Origin: Octopus bimaculoides
Taxonomy: Eukaryota
Assembly: GCF_001194135.2 (NCBI RefSeq)
Contig: NC_068992.1
Span: forward strand, 59,473,824 to 59,537,823
DNA length: 64,000 nt
Direction: 5' to 3'
Both the position numbers and the translations under genes were made by a program. The notes under the pieces are model-generated. The model ran no database searches and was not told the DNA's origin. It saw nothing but the letters and a program-made list of their open reading frames with translations. This document shows, piece after piece, positions 56,942-64,000 of the stretch. Positions within the stretch are counted from its first letter, which is position 1. Every line of letters begins with the position of its first letter.

Positions 56942-57758
56942 GCGCATACATGATGGGCTTCTTTCAGCAGTTTCCCTCTACCAAATCCACTCACAAGAAC
57001 CATGTGCTTGGGAAGCGAGCTTCTTACCACATGTACAGAATTTTATAATGGCTGTGCAGTTAAGGAGTTTGTTTTGCAACCACATGGTTTCAAGTTCAGT
57101 TCCACTGTGTGGCACCACGAACAAGTGTCTTCTTTTATAGCCCTGGGCTAACCAAAGCTTTGTGAGTGAGTTTAGTAGATAGAAACAGAAAGGAACCTGC
57201 CATATGTATGTTTGTGTGTGTGTGTATGCATTTATCACCCCACTGCTTAACACTTCTGTCGGTGTATTTATGTCACCGTGACTTAGCGGTTCAGCAAAAG
57301 AGACAGATAGAATAAGTACCAGATTTTTAAAAAATAAGTATTGCGATTGATTTGACTAAAACCCTTCAAGGTGTTGCCCCAGAATGGCCAAGTGCAGTTA
57401 CTGAAACAAATAAAAAAGTTTTTTTTTTTTGAAATTTTTATAGTATTTTTTTTTTTAGAATATATTGCTTCTAAGTATCATCATCATCATCATCATCATC
57501 ATCACTGTTTTACGTCCACTTTTCCTTCCTTGCATGAGTTAGAAGTTTATTGAAGTAGATTTTTTTATGGGCAGATGTCCTTCCTCTCGCCAGCCCCTAC
57601 TTGTTTCCACATGACTGGACATGTATGAAATTTTGAAATATAATTCTTTCATGTGTGATATTATGAAATAATCTTTGAAATGCTGAAAACATTCTTCAAT
57701 TTTCATTTGCAGGAAATTTAACCATTCTGAGTTGTGTGATGTTCTGTCTGTCACTTGA
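31958..57758 (+). CDS. NCDN: Neurochondrin (norbin), 18 exons, 712 aa; join(31958..32077,34675..34774,36215..36300,37154..37218,37993..38165,40318..40445,41043..41102,41885..41963,43709..43878,46607..46801,47920..48035,49595..49799,51354..51477,52080..52163,52837..53007,53587..53688,55394..55508,57713..57758)
   Basis: All introns are GT-AG and phases are consistent; 2139 nt from ATG to TGA. Colinear with human NCDN motifs as recalled: LKKAGTDNEKLAALMMVTK ~ LREAKNDSEQFAALLLVTK; IFDAVGF ~ LFDAIGF; SMIDSCYDCLTAV ~ SMIDDTYQCLTAV; DKFQFCDIL ~ SKFELCQLL; ACIRLVGVWMKEDSEAL ~ ASVRILGAWLAEETSSL; W-DSVSGYW ~ WADLQELW. Confidence 0.93.
34675..34774 (+). CDS. NCDN: NCDN exon 2: VTKLIKADKCNLQAQKILFDAIGFKFLVRLLRT
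   Basis: ttttag| ... G|gtaaga, 100 nt, phase 0->1. Confidence 0.92.
36215..36300 (+). CDS. NCDN: NCDN exon 3: KVPEGCNNYIYKSLSLTILSSFSGLQEV
   Basis: tttcag| ... |gtaagt, 86 nt, phase 1->0. Confidence 0.9.
37154..37218 (+). CDS. NCDN: NCDN exon 4: KEDPRMLTSVPLILDVLVSCL
   Basis: ttccag| ... |gtaagt, 65 nt, phase 0->2. Confidence 0.85.
37993..38165 (+). CDS. NCDN: NCDN exon 5: IEQTQDDNELTEGEFKSMIDSCYDCLTAVC...HATY
   Basis: cacag| ... G|gtacag, 173 nt, phase 2->1. Confidence 0.92.
38197..39100 (+). mobile_element. Internally deleted mariner element with intact ends, NCDN intron 5
   Basis: TIRs of about 30 bp (aggtggtatcaaa[a/g]agttccc[a/g]gactagtt, 2 mismatches); TA on both sides (38195-96, 39101-02); transposase pieces EQRANVKFCVRLGKSATET and SPDLTPADFQLFPKMK. 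Confidence 0.92.
40318..40445 (+). CDS. NCDN: NCDN exon 6: NHRALVIIQQIISTNGAEVWTKNMKGLQELLGYLGENFSRSK
   Basis: gtacag| ... |gtaagt, 128 nt, phase 1->0. Confidence 0.9.
41043..41102 (+). CDS. NCDN: NCDN exon 7: EVDKFQFCDILASVFTSVSK
   Basis: poly-T gcag| ... AAG|gtttgt, 60 nt, phase 0->0. Confidence 0.9.
41885..41963 (+). CDS. NCDN: NCDN exon 8: DQIPAGNFSWQKNIPQGFMDLIKSRL
   Basis: gtttag| ... G|gtttgt, 79 nt, phase 0->1. Confidence 0.85.
42187..42497. mobile_element. hAT (Charlie-type) MITE
   Basis: Termini cagtggttaccaaa / tttaggaaccacta; perfect 8-bp TSD ATATAAAT (42179-86 and 42498-505). Confidence 0.85.
43045..43435 (+). mobile_element. SINE family B, near full-length representative (over 20 full or partial copies, e.g. 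6090-6420 -, 9905-10260, 17050-17820, 31170-31400, 33790-34170 -, 39910-40230, 49150-49520, 55800-55990, 56940-57420)
   Basis: Head gctgtgtggtaagaagcttgcttcccaaccacatggttcc gggttcagtccc, internal (TG)n, tail aaggcggtgctccagcatggccgcagtcaaatgactgaaac. Confidence 0.85.
43709..43878 (+). CDS. NCDN: NCDN exon 9: QKQRESVLMLISVIVESLGPEFLLPP...SVEVGMIIPFSPLGQ
   Basis: tttcag| ... CAG|gtaaat, 170 nt, phase 1->0. Confidence 0.92.
44728..45060 (+). mobile_element. Related HINE-like element
   Basis: ttattacctccgccgaggaaggaggttatgttttc start, same architecture as 3262. Confidence 0.45.
45783..46111 (-). mobile_element. SINE family A copy (3' end lost in a gap)
   Basis: Reverse complement of the family A head and core. 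Confidence 0.85.
46340..46562 (+). mobile_element. Second RTE-tailed family F, representative (also 8780-9010, 35940-36160, 40510-40700, 56030-56190, 58250-58450 -)
   Basis: cttggaaacaggtgagggttggcgacaggaagggcatcc...agaaaatctgcctcaata...gcatggaaaag(GAT)n shared among copies. Confidence 0.7.
46607..46801 (+). CDS. NCDN: NCDN exon 10: VREKSNQLSAYFSLIENTIKFL...QSFQ
   Basis: ttctag| ... CAG|gtgtgt, 195 nt, phase 0->0. Confidence 0.92.
46945..47375 (+). mobile_element. Family D long copy
   Basis: Same subrepeats and tail as 16275-16762. Confidence 0.85.
47620..47810 (+). mobile_element. Degenerate mariner transposase C-terminal fragment
   Basis: Frameshifted LKGIRFQ..EEIPENAMMQL..EFQECFHQW..GDYFKG-like reading. 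Confidence 0.5.
47920..48035 (+). CDS. NCDN: NCDN exon 11: ATDPLLQACIRLVGVWMKEDSEALCDEIHDLVPMLLTF
   Basis: ttgcag| ... AG|gtaaaa, 116 nt, phase 0->2. Confidence 0.92.
49595..49799 (+). CDS. NCDN: NCDN exon 12: KNLLCTDEVENPVV...PLFEGFCQLASDTKGREQLLQ...ANIL
   Basis: tttcag| ... |gtaagt, 205 nt, phase 2->0. Confidence 0.9.
49870..50220 (-). mobile_element. Second fragment of the same RTE LINE family
   Basis: Shares blocks with 2480-2790 (ccatggggtcccatcagaagcaactatcatta; cctgtgacattctaatcacat; ccccatttaggccacttgtatt). Confidence 0.7.
51354..51477 (+). CDS. NCDN: NCDN exon 13: LCVETLCDLLLQLTETDTCFIDSDSIYVSLFNRISEVLHQI
   Basis: ttccag| ... G|gtaagt, 124 nt, phase 0->1. Confidence 0.9.
51645..51783. 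mobile_element. Truncated copy of piggyBac-like MITE family 1
   Basis: TTAA|cctattagcatttaaactgg..., reverse complement of the 62890-63048 half; cut by a retroelement at 51783. Confidence 0.65.
52080..52163 (+). CDS. NCDN: NCDN exon 14: FKSECLNVVAVMSLLGLTLFNSHHITR
   Basis: tttcag| ... G|gtaagc, 84 nt, phase 1->1. Confidence 0.9.
52411..52578 (+). repeat. 24-bp minisatellite, 7 units with a 48-bp higher-order dimer, inside a family D tail
   Basis: Units start at 52411, 52435, 52459, 52483, 52507, 52531 and 52555; consensus tggtgccaygtaaaagcacctgtg. Confidence 0.9.
52837..53007 (+). CDS. NCDN: NCDN exon 15: VEEVKQKTLLKSTITFLSRAHLL...HWDSVSGYWLSTMK
   Basis: ttgtag| ... G|gtaatc, 171 nt, phase 1->1. 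Confidence 0.92.
53587..53688 (+). CDS. NCDN: NCDN exon 16: LTKCIQNHPQLTTTVLLQTGWIPRLLKLLVDVQ
   Basis: ttccag| ... A|gtaagt, 102 nt, phase 1->1. Confidence 0.92.
55394..55508 (+). CDS. NCDN: NCDN exon 17: ISVHVDYSSAYLNLLYALIITKEARTVIIDNCGAEVA
   Basis: ctctag| ... AA|gtaagt, 115 nt, phase 1->2. Confidence 0.9.
56525..56760 (+). mobile_element. SINE family C, full-length representative (over 15 copies, e.g. 1245-1400 -, 1700-1865 -, 13540-13740, 18585-18900, 20160-20380, 21720-21905 -, 26545-26740 -, 36600-36960 -)
   Basis: Head ggtgagctggtagaatcgttagc...gagttcaaattccgccg (B box); core gcctttcatcctttcggggtcgataaattaagtacc. Confidence 0.85.
57713..57758 (+). CDS. NCDN: NCDN exon 18 (terminal): KFNHSELCDVLSVT*
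   Basis: tttgcag|G acceptor in phase 2, TGA 57756-57758; matches the length of the human C-terminus as recalled (HYRMAALEQCLSEP*). Confidence 0.88.
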
Positions 57759-57967
57759 AGACAATGGAATCGACCCTATTAAATCATCATGGTCACTATA
57801 ATCACCTGTTAACGAACATTTTGATTTTGGTGGTGTCATTTAAAGATTTCTCCAAGTCTGTAGACTTTGCTTCTATGGCAGACAAGAAAACCACAGAGTT
57901 CCTTTGAGTGACTAAGTACAAGAGGACTGAAAAATTATTGTCACCTTTTTGTTCTCATTGTTTGATA

Positions 57968-57973
57968 AATAAA
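57968..57973 (+). terminator. Candidate NCDN polyadenylation signal
   Basis: AATAAA about 210 nt after the stop codon. Confidence 0.5.
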
Positions 57974-59015
57974 AAATATTAATTAAATGGTTAATGAAAC
58001 TGTCTGTTTCTTTCAGTGGGCGAGTGTGAATGTTTTTTATATCTTCATCATCGTTTAACGTCTGTTGTCCATGCTGGCATGGGTTGCAGGTTGACCAGGA
58101 ATGGTAAGCTGAGGTTCTGCAAGAGACTCCAGTCTGATTTGGCATGGTTTCTATGGCTGGATGCCCTTCCTAAGTCTAACCACTCCAAGAATGTAATGGG
58201 TGCTTTTACGTGCCTGTTGTATGGCACCTAATCATCATAATCATTTAGCATCCACTTTTCCATGCTTGCATGGATCAGACTGAGTTTATTTGAGGCACAT
58301 TTATGGCTGGATGCTCTTCCTTACACCAATCCTCACTTTTTTTCTAAGCATGGTAATATTTCTTCATGGCCAGACATGTTCTTGGCGAATAAGGGAAATG
58401 AACGACTCTGCTTGTTGGACAGTGACACTCGTTTACTGCTTTCATGCAATGTGAAAAGAAGAAGACACACAAACACATACACACACAACAGGCTTCTTTC
58501 AGTTTCTGTCTACCAAATCCACTCACTAGGTTTTGGTCAGTCTGAGACTATCATAGAAAACACTTGTCCAAGGAGCCTTGCAGTAAGACTGAACCCGGAA
58601 CCATACAGTTGGGAAGTGAACGTCTTACCATACAGCGCAGCTGCTGAGGCCCCCATCGGTCATGACTGACCATGGGATTGCACCTAGAATGTTACTCTTC
58701 CAAGCACAAGTCCGGGCAAGGTTGTTTTATGGAAGACCAGCAGTCACCCATGCATACTAGCCTGCCCTCTCCATGCCACCAGTGTTATCCAAGGGAAAGG
58801 CAAAGGGGCCGATACAGCTTGGCACCAGTGATGCTACAACTCATTTCTACAGATGAGTGAACTGGAGCAATGTGAAATAAAGTGTCTTGCTCAAGAACAC
58901 AACACATAGCCCGGTCCGGGATTCAAACTCACAACCTCACGATTGTAAGCTCGACGCTCTAATCACAGAGCCATGCGCCTTCACAGCTCAGCTATGAATA
59001 TGCATATGCATACAT

Positions 59016-59046
<31 letters not shown>

Positions 59047-59755
59047 TACCAGGGGTTGTTCTTTTATATCACATGGATATATCTCTGTTAAGGGCCAAAG
59101 GAAATTAACATCAGAAAAGATTGGACTTCATTTATATTTGATATTTACCTTTGACGTACTTCTGGAGAAAGACAATGAGTATGCCTGTATGAGGTTAAGT
59201 AACATGCTAGAAAAGGCTGTCACATCTTATTCAAAACACATTGTCTTAAAATAGGAAGAACACAGTAGATAATGTAATCTCGCCCTATGTGTAGACATGA
59301 CATACATGCTCAAGTGTGGTTCTCTGGTAACCATGTCGTTTTGAGTTTCATCTCATTGTGTGGCATCTTGGGCAAGTATTTTCTGTAATCTATGCCTGAC
59401 TAATTTCTTTTGTGTGAAATTGGTTTATGGAAATTGTATACAAACCTATTGTTATCATCATCATCATCATCATTGTTTAATGTCCGTTGTTATATATGTT
59501 GGTGTGTGTGTATAAATTCACAAGGAAAAGATTCACAGTGACTTTAGAATTTTGGCTCACTCTCTTTAAGCAAACTGATTTACTATGGCTCTTTTTGACT
59601 TTGGTAAGTTGCTTTTCATGTTTTTTGGTAGGTGGACAGTGCGAAGATAAGACATGATGTAGGTAAGTGGGACATAGTCATGTAGGAAGCGAAGAACTAA
59701 AGAGAATAAGAGAATAGGGGAAAGCATGTGGTTGATAGTAAAATAGGTGAAGAGA

Positions 59756-59761
59756 TTTATT
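59756..59761 (-). terminator. Candidate LRRC23-B polyadenylation signal
   Basis: AATAAA on the minus strand about 625 nt after the stop, followed by a pyrimidine-rich tract. Confidence 0.35.
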
Positions 59762-60385
59762 TTGGTTTGATGCAGGAATTTTATCATTGCTTAGCATTCA
59801 GTCAGGTCTGAAAGTAATGGTGTACATGTATATAAGATGGGCTGACATATAGTTTCTATTTGTTGCTCACAAGTCATTGACTCACTCAAGGCTATAATAG
59901 TAAAAGAAACTTGCCCAAGGTGTCAAACCTTGGGTAATGAACCTGAAGCCACATAGTCACAAAGCAAAATTCCATATCGATACAGCTGTAGTTATACCTA
60001 AACAAAATATGGGACTCTCAGAGAGGACAGGAAATACTTTGGCATTCAAGTTAGTACAAACAATAAAAGCTACAAAGTTACACAAAAAAAATATATTAAA
60101 AAGCAAACGATGCAATACTGCAGCATGTTAAGAAGTATAATGGTATTAAAGTATAAAAACCAATTCAAGAAGAAAGTCTGTCTATTGCGTTCAGAAGAAT
60201 ATCGTATAATGTTGCATTTTTTATCATAGAAATATTACAGCAATATTTCACAGATATTATATTGATATGATATCAATAATACACCTTTGTAACTTCTTTA
60301 TGTTATAGGAATGCCTGATCATTGGTTGCTGGATTTGTGTTTACTGTCCTCACTCAAGTGGTGTACAGTTGTCTGGACAGGTGAG

Positions 60386-60415
60386 CTATGATGGTGTTTC
60401 CTCTTTCTGTGTATT
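60386..60415 (-). CDS. LRRC23: LRRC23-B terminal coding exon: NTQKEETPS*
   Basis: ttttctctttccag|AAT acceptor in phase 0; 9 aa + TAG exactly as in copy A; downstream UTR aligns with A. Confidence 0.8.
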   Translation of the reverse strand, partial: NTQKEETPS

Positions 60416-60908
60416 CTGGAAAGAGAAAATAACATTGCTATTGAGTGAGGGAGCAGTGCATACCACAATCTACCCACCATGACTATCCATCTGATAAGGG
60501 TACACTGAACACATGCATCACAACCATATATGCATGACATGGAAATATCATATCAAGATAAACAGTGCATGACTTTACAAAGCCAAGAGGAGAGCGGAGA
60601 TTTATTCACATCTAAAACTTTTTATTAAAAGTTTTCTGCAACATATATAACAATGACCAACATATGTTTCTACTGCACCAACTTCACATTGCTCTGTACG
60701 CAATTATGCATCCTAGGCACTGCAGTTTCCTCAAGGGTCCGTCATTTATGATGGTTTCAAAGTGAATTAAATCAAACAAGTTACCTGCATTGGCATTCAG
60801 TTGAAGGTGATAGTATTACTTTTTAAATCGTATTGAATTCTGGTCTTATAATCACCTCTACTGATATTACAGTTGAATCGTGTTTTCAAAATGTTTATTC
60901 AGATTACA

Positions 60909-60942
<34 letters not shown>

Positions 60943-62413
60943 AGTCTTTGAAACGCCAGTGTTATAATGGTGGCAGCTGATGAAGGAAATGTCCTCTATG
61001 TGGCCTGTGTGTTTTCTGTACTCTGTTTACCATTTTGTCCATGTTTTTTTGCAACGTCATGTACCCAGATATGCATCTATATATACATGTAGATCAAGGT
61101 ATGTACATACATGTACATATATATGCATATACTCATATATTATTTATATATATATATATATATTGCCATGTTTCTCTGTCTTTCTTACATCATATATGTC
61201 ATCTCTTTGATACCTTGGTACCTTTCTATGTCTCTCTTTGAGACATTGTAACATTTCCTTCACCCTTTGACATCTTGCTGTGTAAAACAGTTATTGAAAA
61301 GTCTCTCACATCACAAGAACTGAGTGATGGTCAGAAAGGGAAGTGTTGGTGTTTGTAAGTCATACAAATATCGTAGAACGTACCTGAGCCTCTTGGCGCT
61401 CTTTTGAAACCTCATTAGCTTCATTTCTCTCTTCCTCCGTGACTTCAGAGTAATTCAATGTGAAAAGAGTTGTCAAGAAGCTAAGAACTTCAACGCGGAA
61501 ATCTGCTTCTTTAGTGATTGGATTATCTGGATTTAAAAATGTTAATTAAAAAAAAAAAAAAACTGTGTATCAGCATGGCCACAGTCAAATGACTGAAACA
61601 TGTAAAAATACATTAGAGTAAAGACACTCTTTGGTCACGAACGACCATGGGATTGCACCTAGGAAGTTATCCTTCAGACAAGGTTGTTTATGGAAGACCA
61701 AATGGTTGTGTTGCACATAAGCTCTCTCCTTCCATCAAACCGACATTGCTTGTACAGGTGCATGATGCACCACATGTCAGGTTTTGTTCAAGAAAACCAC
61801 ATGTCACCCGATCCAGGAATTGGACCCATGATCTCACAATCACGAGTGCAACGTCTTAGAAAGTAGGCCACATAGCCTTATACCAGTAATTATTATACTG
61901 TAGTTATTGATGCAGTTCATTACAAAGTGACCGTGACTGGCTCTCTGTCACTTACAATGACAAGGGTTCCAGTTGATCCGATTAACAGAAAAGCCTGCTT
62001 GTGAAATTAACGTGCAAGTGGCTGAGTATTCCACAGATACACACGCCCTTAACATAGTTCCCAGGTAGGTTCAGTGCGACACAGAATGTGACAAGGCTGG
62101 CCCTTTGAAATACAGGTACTATTCATTTTTGCCAGCTGAGAGAACTGGAGCAACGTGAAATAAAGTGTCTTGCTCAAGGACACAACATGTCACCAGGAAT
62201 CGAACTCATGACCTTATGATTATGAGTAAACATCCATAATCACTAAGCCACATGCCTTCACCCATTGCAAAGTACAACGACATTGTCTCTGTAAATATTG
62301 CCAATATGATTATAAGTCGTGAGATGTGAGACTTACCGGCCAGCAACAAAACAGTAAGAGCTGGTAGACAGGCGAGTTTTTCTATTTCGCAAAACTCCTC
62401 AATGACATTCTCT
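60386..62413 (-). CDS. LRRC23: LRRC23 paralog, copy B (3' three exons only; 5' exons beyond the window end); complement(join(60386..60415,61384..61526,62337..62413))
   Basis: Minus-strand exons ENVIEEFCEIEKLACLPALTVLLLA (77 nt), DNPITKEADFRVEVLSFLTTLFTLNYSEVTEEERNEANEVSKERQEAQ (143 nt) and NTQKEETPS* (30 nt). Same lengths and phases as the last three exons of copy A; 8/25 and 19/47 aa identical to A; canonical cag/gt sites; no stops or frameshifts. Confidence 0.88.
61384..61526 (-). CDS. LRRC23: LRRC23-B LRR-cap exon homologous to A 24585..24727
   Basis: aaatccag|AT acceptor, CAG|gtacgt donor, 143 nt, phase 1->0; 86/143 nt identical to A by hand count. Confidence 0.9.
61935..62263 (-). mobile_element. 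SINE with the family A core and a different tRNA-like head (same head at 25490-25640 +, 58630-58980 -)
   Basis: Core gttgatccgattaacagaaaagcctgcttgtgaaattaacgtgcaagtggc plus head aataaagtgtcttgctcaag...ggaatcgaactc. Confidence 0.75.
62337..62413 (-). CDS. LRRC23: LRRC23-B exon homologous to A 22403..22479
   Basis: ctatttcag|AGAGAAT acceptor, G|gtaagt donor, 77 nt, phase 2->1. Confidence 0.88.
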
Positions 62414-62485
62414 CTGAAATAGAGGAAGGAAAATGGACAGAATGCAAAGTGATGGCTATAAATTGCTCAATGTTTGAATATTTAA

Positions 62486-63048
62486 CCCTTTAACATTCAG
62501 ATTATTGTCAAAAGTAATGCTTATTTATTCACAGGATCTTTGTCTTCCAAGTTACTTGGTGACCCTGTCAGTACTGGTGCCACTTAAAAAAAAAGCATTC
62601 AGTCTACGCTGTAAAGTGGTTGGCATTTGGAAGGGCAATCAGCTGTAGAAACCATGCCGAAACTGATCTCGCCTTTGCTGGTGCCATGTAAAAAGCACTG
62701 AGTCCACTCTGCAAGGGGGGGGGGGGGTTCAAGTTAGGAAGGGCATCCAGCCACAAAAAAAAAGAACCCATGCCAAAACAGATGCTGAAGCATGGTGCAG
62801 TCTTCTGCTCGGCCAGTTCCTGTCAAATCATCCAACCCATGGAAACAGCATGGAACACACAGATGTCTAGTGATGATGATGATGATGATGTAACTTCACC
62901 ATGCATTATTTTGTAGCTTTAAGATTTCAATGATGTGATTGTTTATTTCTATAAACACTGTATGTGTTAGAGGCCGAGTCTGGTCAGTTTGAGCATAAAA
63001 TCAGGTGCAATATTTTGGTCTGATATGGTTGGTTTAAATGCTAACGGG
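62486..63048. mobile_element. piggyBac-like (TTAA) MITE family 1, interrupted by an RTE-tailed retroelement (about 62535-62890)
   Basis: TTAA|ccctttaacatt ... aatgctaacggg|TTAA; related partial copies at 51645-51783 (opposite orientation) and about 40890-41000. Confidence 0.75.
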
Positions 63049-63732
63049 TTAAAATGTGATGATAGTAAAATTGTTAATGTTAGAATCAACATATCATCAT
63101 CAACATTTAACGTTCGTTTTCCAAGCTGGTTTGGGTTGGACAGCTTGACAGGAACTGACAAGGCCAGGGGCTGCACCAAGTTCCACAGTCGGTTTTGGCT
63201 TGTTTTCTATGGCTTGATATAATCGTTAATTAACACTGGCATATTTTAAAATATGTTGACAGCAAATTGCTAATTTGTGACATTTAAAATACAACGTGAT
63301 GGGAGGAAAATGTTAATGCTGAACATTGAAAAGAAAAATTAGCAAAACATAATTTATTTAGTTATAATACCAACAAATATTAAACCATTACAAGGCATGA
63401 GCTAGCAGAATCATACATAAGGTGCCATGCAGTGAGAGTGAACCAGGAACCATGTGGTTGGGAAGCAAACTTCTCACCACACAACCACACCTGCACCTAA
63501 AATGTTACCTAAGGTAACATTATACTAACTCTTAATGATGGTGTATTAAGTTGTAATACTAACAGTACTAACAGTTAACTCATTTTCTCATGAAATCACA
63601 TGATCTGTGACATCTGTTGTTTGGTGTCAATCACTGCCACTTTGCCAATCAGGAAATTCTGATTTTGTTTTGGACTTCATTGAAAGGAACAACGATGCAT
63701 GGGGGGATGTAACAACAAGTCGAAATGTGTAA

Positions 63733-63953
63733 CTCTTTTGTTACCATATTTCTCTTGAAGTAGACTGGTTTTGTTTCAATTAATTTTGAAAATAACGAAG
63801 CTTTAAGTAAAATAGCTTTATCCTTATAAAGCTGGTTTTTGGAACATGAATTAAGATGGAAATTTGATGGACGGTTTTAATTTAGATCATTTTCAACAAG
63901 AAGTTAGTATCCTAGGAGTAGGGGAGGTTTCGGGTTGGTTGGTATCAAAAGAG
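63733..63953. mobile_element. piggyBac-like (TTAA) MITE family 2
   Basis: 13-bp TIRs ctcttttgttacc / ggtatcaaaagag (12/13 match), flanked by gTAA and TTAA. Confidence 0.7.
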
Positions 63954-64000
63954 TTAAACATTCTATTTAAAATCGGAATATAGTAGTAGATAAACTGAAA

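Noticed and set aside
59566-60415. Longer minus-strand gene model joining IHRKRKHHHSSPVQTTVHHL to LRFLHDYVPLTYIMSYLRTVHLPKN... (ORF 59566..59787), optionally with a 60690-60785 exon
   Set aside because: It needs a phase-2 entry, but the upstream LRRC23-B exon ends in phase 0, which gives NTQKEETPS* and matches copy A in length and UTR. No family is recognised, and the pyrimidine tract near 59700 is also explained as a downstream polyA element.
60386-62413. Copy B as an uncollapsed haplotype of copy A, or as LRGUK
   Set aside because: About 60% nucleotide identity is far too low for an allele. The stop follows 9 aa after the LRR-cap exon, with no guanylate kinase domain.

Overview
This is eukaryotic, intron-rich, repeat-dense scaffold DNA with about 4.9 kb of N gaps. 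The repeats point to an octopod cephalopod, probably Octopus (inference from tRNA-derived SINEs, RTE-type tails and extreme microsatellite load). I built three spliced protein-coding genes by hand from GT-AG sites with consistent phases. (1) LRRC23-like copy A on +: 7 coding exons, 2178-26868, first (ATG) exon not found. (2) A complete 18-exon neurochondrin (NCDN) on +: 31958-57758, 712 aa. (3) The 3' end of a second, divergent LRRC23 paralog (copy B) on -: exons 62413-62337, 61526-61384 and 60415-60386, invisible in the ORF track and continuing beyond the window. The two LRRC23 copies have identical exon lengths and phases (77/143/30 nt). Both end PS-TAG, followed by a gap-free homologous stretch with 11 open codons and a second in-frame TGA. 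This is a candidate conserved stop-codon readthrough or A-to-I (UAG->UIG) C-terminal extension. Introns hold mariner, hAT, piggyBac-like and Helentron-like DNA elements, RTE and Gypsy fragments, several SINE families, a 47-bp-arm hairpin, a 24/48-bp minisatellite, and inverted retroelement pairs around NCDN exons. I found no CRISPR, rRNA or intact tRNA genes. Homology calls rest on recalled protein sequences, not database searches.
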